The position numbers and the translations under genes are program-made. This document shows, one piece after another, positions 40,485 through 44,240 of a stretch of 44,240 nt of DNA. This DNA comes from Escherichia phage vB_EcoS_SCS92. Under the pieces are notes generated by a model. The model was given only the letters and a program-made list of their open reading frames with translations, searched no databases and was not told the origin of the DNA. The DNA is taken from sequence record ON548432.1; one strand, given 5' to 3'. Position 1 is the stretch's first letter. The number at the start of each line of letters is the position of its first letter.

Positions 40485-40951
40485 AGTACCTTGATGTTTC
40501 AAAACAATTTAAATACTGCCCTGATACTGGGCAGGTTACCAGGATATCTACTGGTGCTGAGGTTGGTACGGTTGGTGTAAGAGGCTATCTGTGCTGCGGT
40601 ATGGGTGGCAAAACAGTGTATGTCCACCGCATAGCATGGTGTCTTTATAATAAATGTGACTTAGACAGGAAAACTCAAATAGACCACATAAACCATAACA
40701 GGCTAGACAATAGAATAGAAAATCTACGCGCCACCGACAATACAGGGAACAGTAAAAATAAAACTATGAGAAAGATAAATAAATCCGGGGCTACAGGTGT
40801 AAGTTTCCACAAAGCCGCGGGTAAGTGGCGCGCGTTTATAAAAGTTAACTACAAACAAGTGCATTTAGGGCTTTACGACGATTTTGATGTAGCGGTTGCC
40901 GCGCGTAAAGCCGCCGAGAGTAAATACGGTTTCCATGAAAACCATGAGTAG
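40481..40951 (+). CDS. HNH homing endonuclease with AP2-type DNA-binding domain (second copy)
   Basis: IDHINHNRLDNRIENLR HNH motif and AP2-like C-terminus (SGATGVSFHKAAGKWRAFIKVNYKQVHLGLYDD...KYGFHENHE). Paralogous to the gene at 14275-14748. Confidence 0.8.
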   Translation: MKYLDVSKQFKYCPDTGQVTRISTGAEVGTVGVRGYLCCGMGGKTVYVHRIAWCLYNKCDLDRKTQIDHINHNRLDNRIENLRATDNTGNSKNKTMRKINKSGATGVSFHKAAGKWRAFIKVNYKQVHLGLYDDFDVAVAARKAAESKYGFHENHE

Positions 40952-40964
40952 GGGAGATTGATTT

Positions 40965-41195
40965 ATGACTTCAAAATACAACCGCACAATGACAAATACT
41001 CACGGCAGCACTATGACAGTAGACGTTTATGATGTGCTCCGCGCCTTCGATATACGCGACCCGGCGCTACAGCACGCATTGAAGAAGCTATTGTGCATGG
41101 GCTTGCGCGGACACAAGGACACCGGAACCGACTTAGCGGAAGCAATTGAAAGTCTGGAGAAGTTACGGGAATACCGAAGCAATATTGATGAGTAA
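40965..41195 (+). CDS. hypothetical conserved phage protein
   Basis: 76 aa. VDVYDVLRAFDIRDPALQHALKKLLCMGLRGHKD resembles a recurrent small phage protein family seen from memory. Confidence 0.45.
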   Translation: MTSKYNRTMTNTHGSTMTVDVYDVLRAFDIRDPALQHALKKLLCMGLRGHKDTGTDLAEAIESLEKLREYRSNIDE

Positions 41196-41223
41196 GAAAA
41201 AGGCCCCGAAAGGGGCCTTAGTT
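41196..41223. terminator. bidirectional rho-independent terminator
   Basis: GGCCCC-gaaa-GGGGCC stem with an A-run upstream and TTAGTTTTA downstream, between the convergent stops at 41195 and 41224. Confidence 0.55.
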
Positions 41224-42396
41224 TTATGCGTAGGTGATACGTTGAATTACGATAGACGACTGGTACTGGTTGCCGGTGGCCTGCCCCTCAATGGACTGAG
41301 TGATTGACTCGGGTCCGCCAATCTCTGGTGTTACTGCTGTAAGCTCTGCGCGTTTCAAACTGAAAGACATAGCCCCGTTTACCCCCGCCAGAATAGAGTT
41401 AATCTCTACCTGCTGTTCGTTGATAAACTTCTGAATCATCGCCATGTCGTACAGCTTGCCGGAGATGGAGAAAGTGTTAGCCGCGCGGCTACGCTCAACA
41501 AACGCTACGTTAGTGTTACCAAGTTCGAACTGCGCGGACGCGCTGTTATCGTTGGTGATAGTCAGACTGTCGCATCGCAACGGCGTAGAACCATCGAACA
41601 CGGAAACGTCAACCGAAGAAAACGGCTCATCACCAAAAGTAACAGATGAGAAGTTGGAACCGGTCGGCGGCGTGGTGAGAATCTCCTGACTGCGACCGAT
41701 GAATGGGAAGCTGCCAGTTACCATCGCGTTAACAGCCTGTTCGATGGTAAAACCAGAAACTTCCACGCCTTTGGTTAACGTGTACGCGTCAGTACCGCCG
41801 CACTGGCCTTTGTACCAGGTAAGGATAGAGAACGTCTTACACGTATTACCGGTTTCCAGCGTGTCGCCAGTTTTAGCCTTACTAGTTTTTGTCTCGGTGG
41901 TCAGGGTGTGTTGGATGCCTGCACCAGTAACAACCGTAGCCGTTACTGCAGTAACAATAAATGGTTTTGCATTATCGCCAGTTAAATCGGTAAACGCAAT
42001 CAGGTCGCCTACCCCAACTCCGTCAGTGATAAAGCTGCCGGTGGCACGTGTGAACGTCTTGCCAGCCGGTGCGACGGTAATCGATAGCCCTGACAGAGAT
42101 ACGCCAGCCTGCCACGTAGAGCCTAAAGCCCCGGCTAGCCAGTCATCCTGGCTTTTCGAGCTAAGCTCAATAGCATATTCACCGCTAACCTGCTTGTTAC
42201 CGGTGCGGATGGATGTAGTTTCGCGGCTGCCGTCCAGTTCGTTGGAGGTCAGCGTGTCACGGGTAATGGCAGGAACGCCGCCTGTGTTACGCAGTGGCGA
42301 CCATACCGGGTTAGCCGGTGTTACGCCCGGGGTAGTTTCCGCCACATAGAATTGCGCGGTATTCGCGCCCTTAAAAGGAGTTGTAGCCATATTCAC
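41224..42396 (-). CDS. major tail (tube) protein, putative
   Basis: 390 aa, Thr/Gly/Ser-rich, downstream of the neck genes and upstream of the chaperone and tape measure genes; called by position. Confidence 0.5.
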   Translation of the reverse strand: MNMATTPFKGANTAQFYVAETTPGVTPANPVWSPLRNTGGVPAITRDTLTSNELDGSRETTSIRTGNKQVSGEYAIELSSKSQDDWLAGALGSTWQAGVSLSGLSITVAPAGKTFTRATGSFITDGVGVGDLIAFTDLTGDNAKPFIVTAVTATVVTGAGIQHTLTTETKTSKAKTGDTLETGNTCKTFSILTWYKGQCGGTDAYTLTKGVEVSGFTIEQAVNAMVTGSFPFIGRSQEILTTPPTGSNFSSVTFGDEPFSSVDVSVFDGSTPLRCDSLTITNDNSASAQFELGNTNVAFVERSRAANTFSISGKLYDMAMIQKFINEQQVEINSILAGVNGAMSFSLKRAELTAVTPEIGGPESITQSIEGQATGNQYQSSIVIQRITYA

Positions 42397-42809
42397 AGCC
42401 TCTTGGTGAATGCAATAAAGTTAATTGACAATGGTCTTTTGGCCCATCCGTTTTCTACAATCAGCGGCCCCAGGCTAACCGATTGAACCTCGGCGCAGAT
42501 GTCGTTACGTGAAAATGACTTACCTGATTTAAACGCCGTGTTAAGTAAGTCTGCCATTTTATTGATTGGCGCGCTACCTTTCACCGATGCGTAGTTAATG
42601 TCTATCTGATAGACACCGGCGCGTTGTTCCGTGAAGAATAAGTCAGCCTGCTCGGTATCCGCCAGCAACATGTAACTTGCCAGATACGGCGTATCTGTTG
42701 ACGTCGGCGCGTCGATGTTTTCAAGCGCTACCTTGATGCCGTTGGTGGTTCCGAAGGCTACCAGCGGCACATCAAACGCTTTTGTTAAGTCCTCAAAGTA
42801 GCCCATCAT
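42393..42809 (-). CDS. tail terminator / tail completion protein (putative)
   Basis: 138 aa, immediately upstream of the major tail gene; called by position. Confidence 0.4.
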   Translation of the reverse strand: MMGYFEDLTKAFDVPLVAFGTTNGIKVALENIDAPTSTDTPYLASYMLLADTEQADLFFTEQRAGVYQIDINYASVKGSAPINKMADLLNTAFKSGKSFSRNDICAEVQSVSLGPLIVENGWAKRPLSINFIAFTKRL

Positions 42810-43306
42810 CTCACCTTGCTAGCTTCTTCTTCGAGCAGTTTATTGAATCGCTGAACGTTAACCCGGACAACACCTTGCGGAGCCTGAAGGGAATATCCGT
42901 CTGTGGTTGTTCTGCTGGGCGCTTTCGGCCTCAATGGGCCAACAAATTTAGAGCCTAAGTTAGAAGGACGCTTAGGGCCATGGAAGCCGGTAGCGTAACC
43001 CCCGAACTCTATAACTTCCGCATACGGCAGATTATTTGTCAGGGTGAACTCGCTCCAGTCGGGTAAACCAGACACGGTAGAAACCATGGCACTTATTGCG
43101 TTCGCCCCGCTAGGGTCAGTACCGCGGCTTGTACCGGAAGCAGGAGTACCGCCAGATGCCATCCAGTTCATGCGAAACCGACCAGTATCTACCGGACTCG
43201 CCTTTATAATAGCGGAAAACAGCTTGATAGACACCTGACGCATCACCTTCTCAGGGTTCTTCTTCGCCTTTTCCACGAACTTAGAGACATCAAGCGCGAA
43301 ACTCAT
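42806..43306 (-). CDS. neck protein, HK97 gp10-like
   Basis: 166 aa. PVDTGRFRMNW matches the PVDTG.LR signature of the HK97 gp10 family. Confidence 0.55.
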   Translation of the reverse strand: MSFALDVSKFVEKAKKNPEKVMRQVSIKLFSAIIKASPVDTGRFRMNWMASGGTPASGTSRGTDPSGANAISAMVSTVSGLPDWSEFTLTNNLPYAEVIEFGGYATGFHGPKRPSNLGSKFVGPLRPKAPSRTTTDGYSLQAPQGVVRVNVQRFNKLLEEEASKVR

Positions 43307-43662
43307 TTTCTCACCTGAATAAAATATGCCACGACATCATCGTTAACCATCTTCGTCTCGATAGCTACGATAGACCATTGCGCGCCGCTAAACTGAACCT
43401 TGTCTTCCATCTTCGGAACGACGCTGTAATCGGCTTTAACAATCATGTCGGCCGCCTGAATCGTCGAACCGTTTACCAGTCCAGCATTAACCGGAACCGG
43501 AACCGCTTTCAACGGCAACACTTCATCCGCAGACCAGACGTACTCACCGAGAACTTCATCCCACACTTTCGAACCAGCACGAACCAGAGATACCGTGCTG
43601 CCGAATTTGGTTAGCAGGCGTGTACCCACGCCTTGCATACGTTTACTGAAAGCGGTGCTCAT
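43303..43662 (-). CDS. head-tail joining (head closure) protein, putative
   Basis: ATG at 43662 (MSTAFSKRM) with a GGAGG Shine-Dalgarno and a TGATG overlap with the upstream gene; the track ORF extends to 43716. Confidence 0.4.
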   Translation of the reverse strand: MSTAFSKRMQGVGTRLLTKFGSTVSLVRAGSKVWDEVLGEYVWSADEVLPLKAVPVPVNAGLVNGSTIQAADMIVKADYSVVPKMEDKVQFSGAQWSIVAIETKMVNDDVVAYFIQVRK

Positions 43663-44180
43663 CAGGCGGCCTCCAGTCTCGAAATAACCAGCAACGCGGA
43701 CGGGGCTGTACCCCATGCGGTTACGGTAGCCGCTTGCGGGTATACACCACCGAAGTTAGTTCCGACGCTATCCCGCATAATCTGAACGGCAAACGTCTGG
43801 CCTGCTGTTGGGTTAATAACAACGCGAGATTCAATCGGGATTGTGGTGTCCGCGCTTACCAGTTTCGTGGCGGCAGGTGAGCCGTACTGAGCACCGTTCA
43901 GAAGAATGCGTGATAACAGGATAGACGTTCCGCTGGCACCTGTGCGGCCTGCCTGTAACTTGATGCGAACGGCGTAGTTACCGGCGGTGTTGAATGTAAC
44001 CAGCCCCGCAGCATTAATCATTACCGGGTCGGATGCACTACCCTGAGCTGCACCGAAAGTTAACTGCAATGCCGTATCTACCGCGGTAGGCGCTTGGGTT
44101 ACCGTAGACGCGGCACGGAGAACTTCAACCTCTTTAACACCTGGAGTGGCGTAAATAGGTGAGTCAGCCATCTGTGTCAT
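43662..44180 (-). CDS. hypothetical structural protein
   Basis: ATG at 44180 (MTQMADSP) with a GAGGT Shine-Dalgarno; the track begins at a TTG at 44192. Sits in the neck gene block. Confidence 0.35.
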   Translation of the reverse strand: MTQMADSPIYATPGVKEVEVLRAASTVTQAPTAVDTALQLTFGAAQGSASDPVMINAAGLVTFNTAGNYAVRIKLQAGRTGASGTSILLSRILLNGAQYGSPAATKLVSADTTIPIESRVVINPTAGQTFAVQIMRDSVGTNFGGVYPQAATVTAWGTAPSALLVISRLEAA

Positions 44181-44240
44181 TACCTCGCGCAACGCTGCGG
44201 GGGTAATAAGCCCGGTAGTGTTATCGGGGAGGTTTGCGCC

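Noticed and set aside
41699-42349. 216-aa plus-strand ORF
   Set aside because: It is antisense to the putative major tail protein gene and has no start context.
1-44240. CRISPR array, tRNA or rRNA genes, and integrase/lysogeny module
   Set aside because: No regularly spaced short direct repeats are present. No convincing tRNA T-arm or acceptor structures were found by eye, though a proper tRNA scan was not possible. No tyrosine or serine recombinase motifs were seen in any ORF. The single XRE HTH gene is not enough to call the phage temperate.

Overview
This window looks like an essentially complete, arbitrarily linearised genome of a tailed dsDNA phage with a siphovirus-type gene set, about 50% GC, most likely infecting an enterobacterial host. 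No integrase, CRISPR array, rRNA or tRNA was found by eye, so the phage is probably virulent. The gene content is reminiscent of Jersey-like (Guernseyvirinae) phages, but that is inference from memory, not a search result. The minus strand carries packaging and head genes (terminase small/large 7454-9224, portal, Mu-F-like head morphogenesis protein, scaffold, major capsid 1446-2495), neck genes that wrap around the window ends (1-513 and 42393-44180), a lambda-like tail module (major tail protein, G/GT chaperones with a -1 frameshift, tape measure 35714-38026, minor tail proteins, NlpC/P60 K-like protein, J-like tip protein, beta-helix tailspike 28682-30862), a holin/endolysin cassette (11540-12579) with the Rz/Rz1 spanins displaced to 3282-3777, and about 25 small translationally coupled early genes (9441-16704). 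The plus strand carries the replication module (17139-28653): HTH proteins, primase-helicase, a Cas4-like PD-(D/E)xK nuclease, a gp2.5-like SSB, family A DNA polymerase, VRR-NUC nuclease, C5-cytosine methyltransferase and SNF2-like helicase. The most interesting region is an opposite-strand accessory island inside the tail module (38905-41223) encoding a signal-peptide protein, an HTH-fused metallophosphoesterase, an HNH-AP2 endonuclease and a small conserved protein, driven by its own sigma70-like promoter. Other notable signals are an HslV-like peptidase, a triplicated paralogue array, a promoter family carrying an AATAG-N4-CTATT palindrome, and shared acidic DLE motifs on replication proteins. 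CDS coordinates follow the supplied ORF track, with starts adjusted where an ATG plus Shine-Dalgarno is visible; coordinates of promoters, terminators and ORFs under 60 aa were read by eye and may be off by 1-2 bp. All functional calls are from motif recognition by eye, not from database searches.
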